DNA of 58,913 nucleotides, the filler included, from Asterionella formosa (Eukaryota): the NCBI GenBank assembly GCA_002256025.1. It is 5 parts of 5 records of this genome, joined end to end, with 100 filler letters (N's around TTAATTAATTAA, not from the genome) between each part and the next. Parts side by side here need not be neighbours in the genome. Positions count along the whole stretch, not along the records: positions 23,640 to 35,335 come from NKIB01008233.1; 4 more parts are not named here. The stretch is one strand, 5' to 3'. The position numbers and the translations under genes are program-made. Under the pieces are notes generated by a model. That model searched no databases and was not told the origin of the DNA. It saw nothing but the letters and a program-made list of their open reading frames with translations. Shown here piece after piece: positions 23,691 through 35,435 of this stretch. Position 1 is the first letter of the stretch, and each line of letters opens with the position of its first letter.

Positions 23691-26600
23691 ATGGAATCTT
23701 CGCCGTCGTCGCCATCGTTGTCGTCTTCACCTGGCGACGCATCTACAACAGAAGATTCATGGGATGAGAAGGACTACATAAACTACATGAATCATTTGCA
23801 GGAGGAGGAAAAGCAGTCGAAGAAGATGAAGAACGCCCCGTCGGCTTCTATCCGTAGCAATGCTACCAGCAGTAGTAGCGCTACTAGTACTACCAGTACT
23901 AGTACAACTAGTACCAGCAATGCTAGTACAACTAGTGCTAGCAACGCGAACAAGAGGAAACGAACAACCACAGAGACTACAACAACAGAGACAACAACAA
24001 CAACAAACACAACGGTACTCTTAGAACTGAAATTTCAAGAACTCAAACATCGTTTGGTAGACTTGACTGAAACCTTTCAGGAGTTTCAAGCACTCAACAA
24101 ACAGAGCAGCCTGCAAACATTTGGAAATACCAAAACCCCGACTTTGGAATTTTCCGCCGTCTTGAACGATCTCACAACAGCCGTAGAAAGATGCGATGCA
24201 CTACTTCCAACAACTGCAACAGCCTTTACTGCCTCGATTACTAACGGTACTAGTAGTGACAATGGTGATGTGACGATTCCTATTAATTTAGGCATTCAAC
24301 TTACAAACGCAATACCGGTAGTGGAGAAGAACGAGGAGTCAGCACATGCTGCTACTAATGCTTCCACCAAAATGAAGACAATGAATGATTCTTCAATGAC
24401 CGAAATCAGGCCAACAAATGATTCTTTGACAACCAAAAGTATGACAACAAATCATGCTCCAAACAATATTGACACAACAGTTGATTGTACTTCAACTAAA
24501 AGTAAAACAACAAATGATTCGTCAAGCGAAATCAGGACAACAAATAATTGTTCTTTGACAAAAATTACGACAACAAATGATTCGTCGTTAAAAAAAGTTA
24601 GCACAGCAAAGAAACCAAAGGCTACTCTGACGACAACAACAGCTACCTCTGCTACTGCTACAACATTGACTAACAATCAAGAACACTTGGAACGAACTCT
24701 TTCCAACACAAAAGAGGTTGGTTCGAGGGTATATTGCAGATGGCCCATCAACGATAGCTTTTATTGGGGAATCATTACAAAGGTATATTACAAAAGGATC
24801 AACGCATCAAAATCAATTCGATTTAATGTACGTATAAAAATATGGAAATATATATATATATAAATATATCCACAATGCAACAATATACATTTCTATGAAA
24901 TGTATTGCTGGAAAACAACTGTTGATGACTCTATACTAACATACACATTCCGGAACAGGTGCAGTTTGATGACGGCGACATGGTGGAAGATATTGGAGAA
25001 TGCAAACGGGGAAGGGAGATAAACATTTTTTCAGAATTAGAGTACTTCAGCAGGACCAAAACCATGCCTCCTGGTCGAAAGAGTCAACCGCCGGTATCGC
25101 GTCCACGCAACCATACCATAAAAAGATATTCTCCAGCCAAATTATTCCAAAAGAGATGCAATTCCTGTTCTCGTTGTCAATTGGAAGATTGTGGAAAGTG
25201 TGAGACATGCCGACGACGACCGAAAGACACGTCCAGCCAAGAAATGGAGATTTGTCTTCGAAAGGTACGGCATACATTGACTTCATTGCGTGTGTTGCCA
25301 TACAGACCCATCAGTCTGGCGGGGAAACATGAAACAACCATTGACCTGACTGACACGGTCCTTTCTCTTTTCAGATGTGCATCCGTATTCCTTCAACAAA
25401 AAAAGCACAAAGAGCAGCTGGGTTGGAATTTGGATGGCATTTTATTTTTTGTGAAGGAAAAGGCAAACAATCGGTGGACTCACATGACGGCCTTCGCCTC
25501 ATTTCTCCACAAGGACAAACATTCAAATCCGTCAAAGAGGTTCTGACTAATTTTGGGGGATGCTGGGAGGATTGGGAAGGCCTTCAAGACACCTTTTATC
25601 GACAAATTGGGACGTTGCTCATTCGGGTGGATGATACTCATTCTCTGGTGGGTCAAAGGTATTGTCACGATTGGACAAATGTCGACGGCCATACCCATAG
25701 CATTTGCGGCACGGTCACAAAATGTGAGAGGAATAATATGGACGATTCTTTTTATCAATTTACTGTCGCATTTGACAACAAACTTCGAAAGCTAACAAGA
25801 CTATCATTGCCATGGGCGTTGGGGGGATGTATCAGTTATGACCAGAAGTTTAACAACGGGACAGGAAAAGCACGCTTGCTGCATTGCATCGATAGTACCA
25901 TTGTCCCAAAGTACTGGTCATGGATCACTCCAGAGGCAAGGGCTGAAAAGCTTGTTCTTGATAAGGATGGAAATCTGCTTCCTCGGCTAACTATGACCGT
26001 TCGAGGGTTTCAATTGACGTTCAATGCAATGACGTCCAGTATTCCTCAAGCTGGGTATGGCGTCTTTGTCAAATGTGTCGCTTTCACCCAAAATGCTGGT
26101 GCATTCGTATTGGCACCTGGTGAGATTTTGGATATAGGTGTGTATGCTCCATTTCGTAAAGAGGATCGTAAACACGAAACTGTATTCTTATTGAAGAACT
26201 ACATCCACAACCTTAAATGTGAAGAGTGGTCGTTTGATACAACTGATTCTGGCTTTCTATTTGATATTACTGAAGATGAAACTGGTAATCTCCATGAACT
26301 CGCCAGATCGCACATTCCAGCATATGTCAATGAATGTGGGCCGGACTCCATCGCTTCTGTCAAGGCAGAACATGATCCAGATGGGAACGTTCACTATCTG
26401 CTAGGTGCAGCGGACGGCAGTTCATCTTTTTCACTGGCAGCTGATGGTTCAGAACACGAAATCTTTATCAACTATGGACCTGTATATGAGCACGTCCGTG
26501 TTCGAAAGGGATATTCAAGGTTACCTCCCGACGAGCTATCCAAACAACAGCAAAAGGACGAAGATGCCGAATATATTAGCGAGATTCTTGAAATGGAGAA

Positions 26601-26916
26601 AGAAGAAGTCTTCGAAAGTCTAACATTCATTCGAACTCTCTTTCCCAATGACACGGTTTATTGCAGTGACCAACAAGTGCTGCGTAGAACCTTGACAGTT
26701 ACTGCGATGCTACAACATCGGGGCGAGATTTTTTCCAACATATCTCTTAATAGGTTAGCAGACGATATACTATCCACTCTTTTACGTCTACGAATGGACG
26801 TGCATCTTTCGGATATGAGACAGTCACCCTGCTTTTGCTATGAAGTCGTAAAGGATCAACTTAATGGGGTGATGTCAGAGTCTTTGCAAATGATTCTGAA
26901 AGGACTCAAAAAATGA
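23691..26916 (+). CDS. Multidomain chromatin protein: Ser/Thr-rich region, Tudor-like, CXXC zinc finger, MBD-like, SET-like (about 994 aa, 3 exons)
   Basis: Exons 23691-24827, 24959-25264 and 25375-26916 with two phase-0 GT-AG introns (TACTAAC branch point in intron 1). Splicing rebuilds VGSRVYCRW..FYWGIITKV..FN|VQFDDGD and CNSCSRCQLEDCGKCETC...CLRK|MC. These are followed by GW...ISPQGQTFKSVKEV and SSIPQAGYGVF...YVNE...EIFINYG. The 5' end abuts a gap, so an upstream exon is possible. Confidence 0.75.
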
Positions 26917-28359
26917 AGCAAAACTTGCTCCTTTTCTGGGGATTGTTATTGAAAGTAGCAACTTGAATCTTATTTATTTTATTTATCATGTTTATATTAG
27001 TATACCAGCAAGTTATGGTTATTTTGCTCAACTAAAGATTTAGCTGTCTTTATCCCATATTAAATTGGTTATTTAAGCAAAATGACCACAACTGGCAAGT
27101 ATAAATACTGGTGTATTTGTATCCATATTATCATTTATCTTACACCTTTACATCTTCTGTAAAGCCCTTGCTTACCAGTCGGGAATCACATTCTGGAAAT
27201 TTTTCTAAATTGTTCAATTCCTGAGGAATTCGAACCCTGCAGTGATTCTCTGATACCAAAAACACTGTTTCCTACTGTGCAGGAATTCCATTTGGGGGTT
27301 GTTAGAAATTTTTGGAAAAAGCCATTCCTTACCATGCCAGAATTTCATCACTCCTTGCCTATTTTGGAAAAATTGACCATAGAAATACCCACATGAGAAA
27401 ACCACTAGCAATTTTTAATCGATCACCAGTTGATCAAGAATGAACAATGATGGTGCTTTTGGTAGCAGTGGTGAGGACCTAACATACAGGAGGATGAATT
27501 ATAACAAATTATAGGAATTCTTAATGATAACATACTATCATATGTTCTGGGCACTTTGATGATATGCTGGATCTGTAGGCTGTTTGCTAGGCAATTCCAA
27601 TGCCATGGCAATTCCAAAATTTAAGTTCCCAACAATCCCTTTGAGAATAGCATTGCACCACTCCTCAATCATCACAACACTATCCATAGAACTACCCGTT
27701 TGATGCTTCTCTTGCCCCTGCTGATGTGTTGATTGTAGCATTGTTGAAACATGATGCCAATTGGTTGCTTTACTGGTTGCCAATGTTTGTCTTGACATAT
27801 TTTTCTTTGATTTTTATTTCTCCAGTTTTCTTTCAAATTAAACCATTCCCCATATTATTGTTATCATTGCTTGTTATCGCTGCTTTCGCGAGAAAGAGAA
27901 AGTATGACAATGGACAAGTGAGTGAGATACTGGTTGACAAAGATGTTCGACACTATCTGGTCTGCTGGTCATCACTTACTTTTAGGAGGTCTCGATGCTT
28001 GTTTCTTCAGGCAATGCCAAAGTCTTTTCTTTATCTTGTGAGCTATCCTCAGCACTCATTGACTACGACATCGTAGACAATATCTTGCCAAGGATCATCA
28101 GTAGAATCCCTCTGGGAAGAGGACAAGGAGGCCATCATTACGGATAGGAGAGAGTGAGTGATTGTTGATTGCAATTGTACTGCTAGTTTTTGTATAATAA
28201 TGATGAGTCAGTCTAGTCAAATTCTATTATTAATGATTTTCTATCTAGAGTTTTGTATGTGAAATCGAATTCCCAAACGTGACTAAAGTTTCCAAAGACA
28301 ATCATCTGCATTGGGAAAATCGACAAATTTCAAAATGAAACTTGAAAATTTGGAATGGA

Positions 28360-28645
28360 TTTCCCCCGAATTTTCCAGGTTTTTTGCATAGTAAAAAAAC
28401 CGGAAGTTCCTTTCTGCAGTTTCTCGCCAGATCCTATCGCCTGACAATATATAGGTTGGACCTTCACCCCTACTTTGTCCGAAGACTGTATTTAAGCATA
28501 TGGAAAGGGTGTCTAATGGTGAGAAGCTCCATTGAGCATTATACATATCTATTTTATGCGTGAAAACTACATTTTTGATAAGTCTGACTCAATATTACTT
28601 TTTAAACCCTACCTCGAGCTAGGGGTTCAAATGCAGGAGCCTTAA
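28360..28645. mobile_element. Terminal fragment of a Kolobok-type DNA transposon (inverted copy of the left end of the 29157-30742 element)
   Basis: About 280 bp reverse-complementary to 29153-29440; ends CTAGGGGTTCAAATGCAGGAGCC followed by TTAA (28642-28645). Other end not found. Confidence 0.7.
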
Positions 28646-28669
28646 AAGGATAGATTCCTCTTATAAAAA

Positions 28670-28906
28670 AATCATGTCTACATACAGCGATCTAGATATA
28701 GTAGTATTAACTTTTAAAAATCATTTTTGTTTGTTTGAAATGGAACTCTGTCAATCTGGCGCCGATTCCTATTTAATTCAAATATTGAAATGGACACTCG
28801 AATCATGGGAGTTCATAGTAGGAAACTTCCTGCCTGTTTCACGCCGTTTTTACAACCCTAGCGATATTTTCTCCAAACTAGGGTTAAGCCGGGGCCGCAA
28901 CCTTAA
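28670..28906. mobile_element. Right-end fragment of a second Kolobok-type non-autonomous family
   Basis: Diverged direct copy of about 31262-31487; ends CTAGGGTTAAGCCGGGGCCGCAACC + TTAA (28903-28906). Confidence 0.7.
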
Positions 28907-29156
28907 AGAAATGACCTTGACTTTCAGGAAAAGACCATGACAATAATCATTGATGGACTGTTTTACCAGCAAAATCTGCCTGGCTGTACATGTGCCTATG
29001 TACACTCGTGATCACATTCCAGTACTGGTACCGTATGTCAATATGCATGATACCGTAGTGACATAGAGCCAATACTTCAGTAGACTACGTATGTGATGTA
29101 CTAGTAGTAATTAGAAATATGGAGTAACTACGGTACGATGATGGCACCATGCTTAA

Positions 29157-30742
29157 GGTTGCTGCATTTGAACCCCTAGCTCGAGGTAGGGTTTAAAGTA
29201 ATATTGAGTCAGACTTATCAAAAATGTAGTTTTCACGCATAAAATAGATATGTATAACGCTCAACGGAGCTTCTCACCATTAGACACCCTTTCCATATGC
29301 TTAAATACAGTCTTCGGACAAATTAGGGGTGTAGATCCACTCTATATATCGTCAGTACATAGGATCTGGTCAGAAACTGCAGAAAGAAACTTCGGTTTTT
29401 AACTAGGCTAAAAAGACTCGGAAATTCGGGGGAAATCTGTTTATTTGGCATAGTAAAAAACCGAAGTTCCTTTCTGCAGTTTCTCGCCAGAAGTTATATG
29501 CTGATGCTATTTCGAAGTTACCTATGTATCTAAGTCGCCTTCAGAGGACCCAGCCAACGTTGAGCTATCGTCGTCCAAAAATTCGACAAAATCGGCCTTT
29601 TCTACGGTCTCCAAAATATCGGAATCAGAATTACTATGAGCCGAAACGTCATCATCGGAATAGTAGTTGTGTGCCGAAATTTTAGTCCTAAAATCTCCTG
29701 TCCAACAAATTCCATTGTAATTGCCTGCTTCCACATATACAATATGATTGGTCAACATCTAATACCAGTACCGGTATTGTGATTCGCTTTGCCTTGAAAG
29801 AATGGACAGAGTGTGCTGCTTTTTCTCTGATTATCATTCCGGCCGCAACGTTTGCATTGCGCATTTGCATTCTTTGTTGTGGCCTCCTGACCTTGGCTTC
29901 TAATAAAGCCAATGGAGACAGCTCGAATTGTAGAATCATCATTACAGATGATTGTAGAGTAGATAACATTGTATTTAGTTATGGCATTAACCATCATTTC
30001 CACACCCGCATCTGGTTCCATTGCCTTCGAACTTCCAGTTATGTGATTCTTGGAGCAAACATGATGTTTGATAGGTTTCTTGTACCGTATAGCCCTGTCT
30101 CACACATTACAGACCTTTGATTTTACTCGATAGTCTAGAATCTTTCTCGTGTAGCCACCAATACAGAATGCATGGCCACTTACAGAGTGTATTTATTTCC
30201 ACTGGATTGCTGCTGCCATCCCATATTATAAGTAACGGTGAGTCGCGGCATATTGAGTAAAGACATGTGTTCTGTAACAGGTATTATACTATTCCACCAC
30301 TGGAAATCTCCTCCTTTGTTCGCCCAATCGCCGCATTCTTGCACATTCCTCTTCCTGACATGTTGGACAGGTATCATGACTGTAGTTGAATGGGTCATCC
30401 CCCTTGTTGTCATGATGATGTGTAACTTTGCTCATGGTTGATTGTATGGCCCCTTTTTTGTTTCTTACCAGTATAGTCATCAACGATATTTGCCATGTTG
30501 CCAGCTTGATTCTCTGACACACATATGTTGATCGTATTATAGGGTTTATATACATTCAGTGATGATATTGTTTATATATATATTTAGCGAAGCAAATCGA
30601 AAAGGAATCTATGTACGTACACGCAAATTTCCACTGATTTAATTATTTCAAATAGAATCACGTCATTCAAAAATAGCCCAGGCAATTTTGGCAACCCTAA
30701 GAAATATTCTAATTTTTGCCTAGGGGTTCAAATGCAGCAACC
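29157..30742 (-). mobile_element. Internally deleted Kolobok-type DNA transposon with 23-bp TIRs and TTAA target-site duplication
   Basis: Perfect TIR GGTTGCTGCATTTGAACCCCTAG at both ends; TTAA at 29153-29156 and 30743-30746. Frameshifted minus-strand transposase: MGWQQQSSG, GHAFCIGGYTRKILDYRVKSKVCNVC, GSSKAMEPDAGVEM, IICNDDSTIRA, C-terminal CKRCGR...LCPF. Confidence 0.85.
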
Positions 30743-30746
30743 TTAA

Positions 30747-31483
30747 GGTTGCGGCCCCCCAGTTACACAATGCGTGGTCCCTTTTTCGTAGGTATGTTTC
30801 GCTGAATAATTCTCAGTCCGAAAAGACTCCAGAGTAAACCCCGCGTCACTACAGATATTCTGATTGGTTGAATTGAATTTATTCACCTGCTTCAGATTCG
30901 CTGAAGAATCCCGGTCTTGTAAATTCTCGCCAGCCAGACTTGAACCACATGTATAAGATAAGATGTACTGAATACTGGCTGGTAAAATCAGTACCATTCC
31001 GGTTCACCGGTAGTACATCCTGTCCTCCATCATGACAAACCAATATTATATACTACTTAGTGCTCCGAGTACCGAAATACCGTCACTCTGGGACTCTGGT
31101 ACGGTACTGATTTGCATGCCGGTATATACCTTTGTGCATGGAGTGATATTGAAACTACATAAAGCAACGAAGATTCATTATCAACGTATAAACAAGAGCC
31201 ATGAGCATACTGTATATGTTGGCATACTCCTAATTTATAAATGTGTTTTGGCGTTGAGCAAAATTATGTCTACATTCAGCAACGTACAAAAAGTATTAAC
31301 GTTTAAATATCATATCTTTTTTTAAATGGAACTCTATCAATCTGGCCCCGATTCCTATTTAATTCAGTTAGTCAAATGTACACTCAAATCATGAGAATTC
31401 ATAGTAGGAAACTCCCTGTTCCACGCCGTTTTTACAACCCTAGCGATATTTTCTTCGAACTAGGGTTAAGCTGGGCAGCAACC
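30747..31483. mobile_element. Non-autonomous 737-bp Kolobok-type element (MITE-like)
   Basis: Starts GGTTGCGGCCC right after the TTAA shared with the previous element and ends GGGCAGCAACC + TTAA (31484-31487). No coding capacity recognised. Confidence 0.75.
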
Positions 31484-32224
31484 TTAAATTGATGTACCGG
31501 TACAGACTTCATTGTTTAATGTAAAAGTTATAGTAACTACCTGGTACTGATAATTTTTCAAATTCGTATCCCAACGACTTTTGAACCATAACCTAGAATA
31601 CAGGTATTAACTGGTAGTTTTTGATCACTTTAGCCAGAAAAGCGCAATTTTGGAGACTTGACGGAACCTGAACGCATGATTTCCTGAAATTTGCTGAATA
31701 AACGACGGAGAACGCAGCGATGTCTTTACATGAATACCACTGGTACATGTATGATATCTTACGACCTATGCATGTACCGGTACATAGGTACTGGGGGTGG
31801 TGGCTATACTACGTATTCATCACAGGTAATTTGTTCCTGTGTCGTATCATGCATACATACGATGCTTTACCAAAGCAGTTTTCCTGAAATTTCAAGAAAG
31901 TCATAGTCATTTTCTGAAATTCATATTCTTTTCCAGAAAGTCATAGTCATTCAAAAATGGGAAGAAAAGCAATGCGATTTATTATCCTGTCTTATCCAGT
32001 ATGTACCTACATAAGTACTAAGCAGTGACGATATTGCTTCTCTGGATACGGTAGGTGACTATCCTGATCATTTCCCTTTACCAGGTACCGGCAGTACCGG
32101 GTATGTAGTCATAATTAAAAAAGATTAGGTATTTACGGAACATAAAAAATGACTATACCAGGTTTTCGTCGTCGCACTGTCAGCCCGCAGTTCCTCCCTG
32201 TGGTATTAATAATAATAATACCCA

Positions 32225-32238
32225 ATGTCGTCGCATTC

Positions 32239-32297
<59 letters not shown>

Positions 32298-35200
32298 TGA
32301 AGGAAATATCCCTCCTTAATGTGGAAATCGAACTCAGCGAGTGCGATCGCATTCCCTTGCATTTCATTGGCGGACTTCAGGCAAATTGTGGCCACGTTTT
32401 GTTTTGGCAGCATCCCTCTGGGACAATCGTTGCCTCGGATGCTCTCATTCACCAGCTGCCGTGGATCCGAAAGTGTCAAGACAACGAAAGGGATGACAGC
32501 GATCCTGCTGCTGCTGATGATGATCTTGAGCAAAGCCGACCATCACTGCTGGGAGATGCTCTGCAAGAATGGATCCCCGAAAATCTCTTCAAGGAGATTA
32601 TGGACATTGTTAGGGATATGAGGACTGATGGTTCGCAACGAGTCTTTCACTTTTCTACCTTGACAGATCATCAGACATTTGCCATTTCGCTTTCCACCAC
32701 CTCTACCGACTGTTCCTTGATTGGGATGGAAATTGAACACATGGCGGCCAAAAACGACAATGCAGAGAGCTTTCTGAATACTCTCGTGCATCTTGGACGC
32801 ATTCTGGAATGTCAGGTCCTTGACGTTATTGTTAATACGGCATGTGACGTACTATTTGCATCACTTGGGTGTTATGATCGGGGGATGGTGTATCGATTCA
32901 ATGACGACTTGTCAGGTGAGGTTGTACATGAAATCAAACACAAGCACATCCCCTCCTCCTATAAGGGACTGCGCTTCCCTAGTTCAGATATACCCCTTTC
33001 GGCACGACAGTTGTATTTGCAAAATGGGGTGCGATACGTTCATAATGCCGAGGCAGACAATGTCCCACTACTGTCACTCAGTAATGATCCAATTGACTTG
33101 ACGCAATGCCGCATGCGGGCTGTAGCAACACCTCATATTATTTACATGCGGAATATGGGAATGGTATCGTCACTCTCATTTGCCATTATTGTAGACAATG
33201 AACTATGGGGACTGTTTGCATATCATGGTTATGGAACACCCACCAAGCCTTCACTACACCAAAGAATTGCTTGTGAAACCATCACATCCATGGTTTCAGT
33301 ACGGGTTGAAGCAATTATTAAAAAAGAGCAAAGTGCAAGAATCATTTCATTGGGAGAGGCACTGATGCGTTTGAACAAAGATCAAAGTGTTATTCAAAAC
33401 TTACATCATTGGGGAGAAGCAATGTTGGAAACTCTTGATGCTGATGTACTTGTTGGACATGTCCAAGACCCACGTGAGGGAGAGGGTGATACCATTGTCT
33501 TGGGAGATGCAAGTCTTGCTCCATCAATGGAGTTTTGGACAAAAATGACTGTATCACATCCAATTCATGAACTGTGTGTCATGTCCACAAGAAAAGAAAT
33601 TGAAAGAAAGGGGTTGACCCAAGTTGACTGTCCTGCATCAGGTATTGTTTACTTTCGACAGGACCGCATGCACATTATGCTGGGAAGGGATGTACGCTCC
33701 AAGGATGTCAAGTGGGCAGGAGATCCAGAGGAACCCAAGTTGCGTATTGGGGGGATTTTGCATCCACGTCACTCGTTTCACATGTTTATGGAGAAGGCCC
33801 GTCAGGAGTCAAGAGCATGGAATAAAGATGACATCAAAGCCATTTCAGTCTTTAGGGAACGTATTTGCAATCACTCGCACAAGTGGATGATGCAGTTGAT
33901 GCGGAATGATATTGATGACACTAATCGTAAATATCTGCAGGCTATTGAACGCGCCCGGGACAACTATGAATTCTTTGCACACATGAGTCATGAACTCAGA
34001 ACGCCCTTTCATGGTGTCATGGGATGTCTTAACATCATCAACGAATCTGCAGAGCATTTATCAAGAGAAGAAATGAGCACTCTATTGAATACAGCACTTA
34101 CATCTGGACAACATATGATCAATTTACTGGATGAAATTTTGAATATTTCCAAGAATACACATCTCTCACATACTTGCTCAAATGACACAGTAATCTATCA
34201 GACCTTGGCATTTGAAGCCATTGATGGAATGAAAACTTTTGCCATGTCACGACAAATTCCACTGACCTGTGAGATTTTTCCCAAGAATGATAAGGTTGTC
34301 ATTGTCACGGACCGTACAAAAGTTATTCAGATTGTTTCCAACACAGTGAACAATTCCATAAAATTTTCAGGTGAAGGAGGAGTTGTTGTGAAATTTTCAC
34401 TTGTTGATACACTTCAAATAGCAATGGAGGAAAGTGAACAATTATCGCGCAAATTTGATGGAGTGGTTTACATTATGAAAGAGAATGAAATATTTTCGTC
34501 AGTTGACATGGTGCGGACACACATTCAAAGGATCCCACATGTTCTCAATCAGAAGTGGATGTGTATACGTGTTGCTGACTCAGGATGTGGCATAGCACCA
34601 ACAAAACTGGTCCATATGTTTCAGCCATATACACAAGCGAGTGCCGGGAGTAACCGGACATTTCAAGGAACAGGTCTAGGTCTGTATATTTGCATGTCAC
34701 TATGCCAGCAACTTGGAGGATTTGTGGTGTGCGCGAGTACACCCAATGTAGGGACGGTCTTCCACATTGGTATCCCAGTTCAGCTTGGAGATGATACTAT
34801 TCCTAGCAAGCCTGCAGATGTTGACAGATCATCACCTGTGACTAGTACCAACAATGTAATTGTGATGCGAGGGCCCATTATGATAGTTGACGACAATAGA
34901 GTAAATGTTCGAATCCTGCATCGGGCTTTACAAATTGGGCTCAAAAGTGTGAATATTGATCTCGAAGTCCTCACAGCCGAAGGAGGCGATGCTGCCATTG
35001 CACTCTACAAGGATGCACATCCCTCACTTTGTATCATTGACTATCACATGCCTGAGACAGATGGGATCGCATCCACGCGAGCCATTCGAGCCTACGAGGA
35101 GGAACAGGGCATTGAAGCATCACACATATTGTGTTACACAGCTGATGTCAGTGATGAGACCAAGAAGCTGTTGCTCAGGTCTGGTTTTGACAATGTCATC

Positions 35201-35317
35201 TCCAAACCTCCATACAAGGGATTTATTGCTGAACTAGTGGGCCGTCTTGAACTATATCACACCAAGGAGGACATTTCCTCCATTGAGGACATGGCAGATG
35301 AGAAGGATTCTGCATAA
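32225..35317 (+). CDS. DPH: Diatom-type phytochrome, PAS-GAF-PHY-histidine kinase-receiver (1030 aa, intronless)
   Basis: N-terminal bilin Cys in ECDRIPLH; DRGMVYRF; FPSSDIPLSARQLY; RAVATPHIIYMRNMG; WAGDP; LHPRHSF; H-box MSHELRTP; N/G boxes SNTVNNSIKF, VADSGCGI, GTGLGL; receiver IVDDN...IDYHMPETDG...SKP. Confidence 0.95.
32240..32293 (+). repeat. (AGC)18 microsatellite encoding poly-Ser at the phytochrome N-terminus
   Basis: Perfect 18-unit run read directly from the sequence. Confidence 0.95.
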
Positions 35318-35335
35318 GTGGAGTAGACTGGTCTA

Positions 35336-35435
35336 NNNNNNNNNNNNNNNNNNNNNNNNNNNNNNNNNNNNNNNNNNNNTTAATTAATTAANNNNNNNNN
35401 NNNNNNNNNNNNNNNNNNNNNNNNNNNNNNNNNNN
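35336..35435. other. Assembly gap with artificial linker
   Basis: N-run with TTAATTAATTAA. Confidence 0.97.

Noticed and set aside
29157..30742. piggyBac assignment for the TTAA-flanked element
   Set aside because: Termini begin GG rather than CC, and the transposase motifs (GWQ, KSKxCxxC, GSSKAME) are not piggyBac-like.
32225..35317. Bacterial contamination or recent horizontal transfer of a bacteriophytochrome
   Set aside because: The architecture and N-terminal PAS region match diatom phytochromes, the gene is contiguous with eukaryotic transposons and host-type promoter motifs, and no heme oxygenase operon partner is present.
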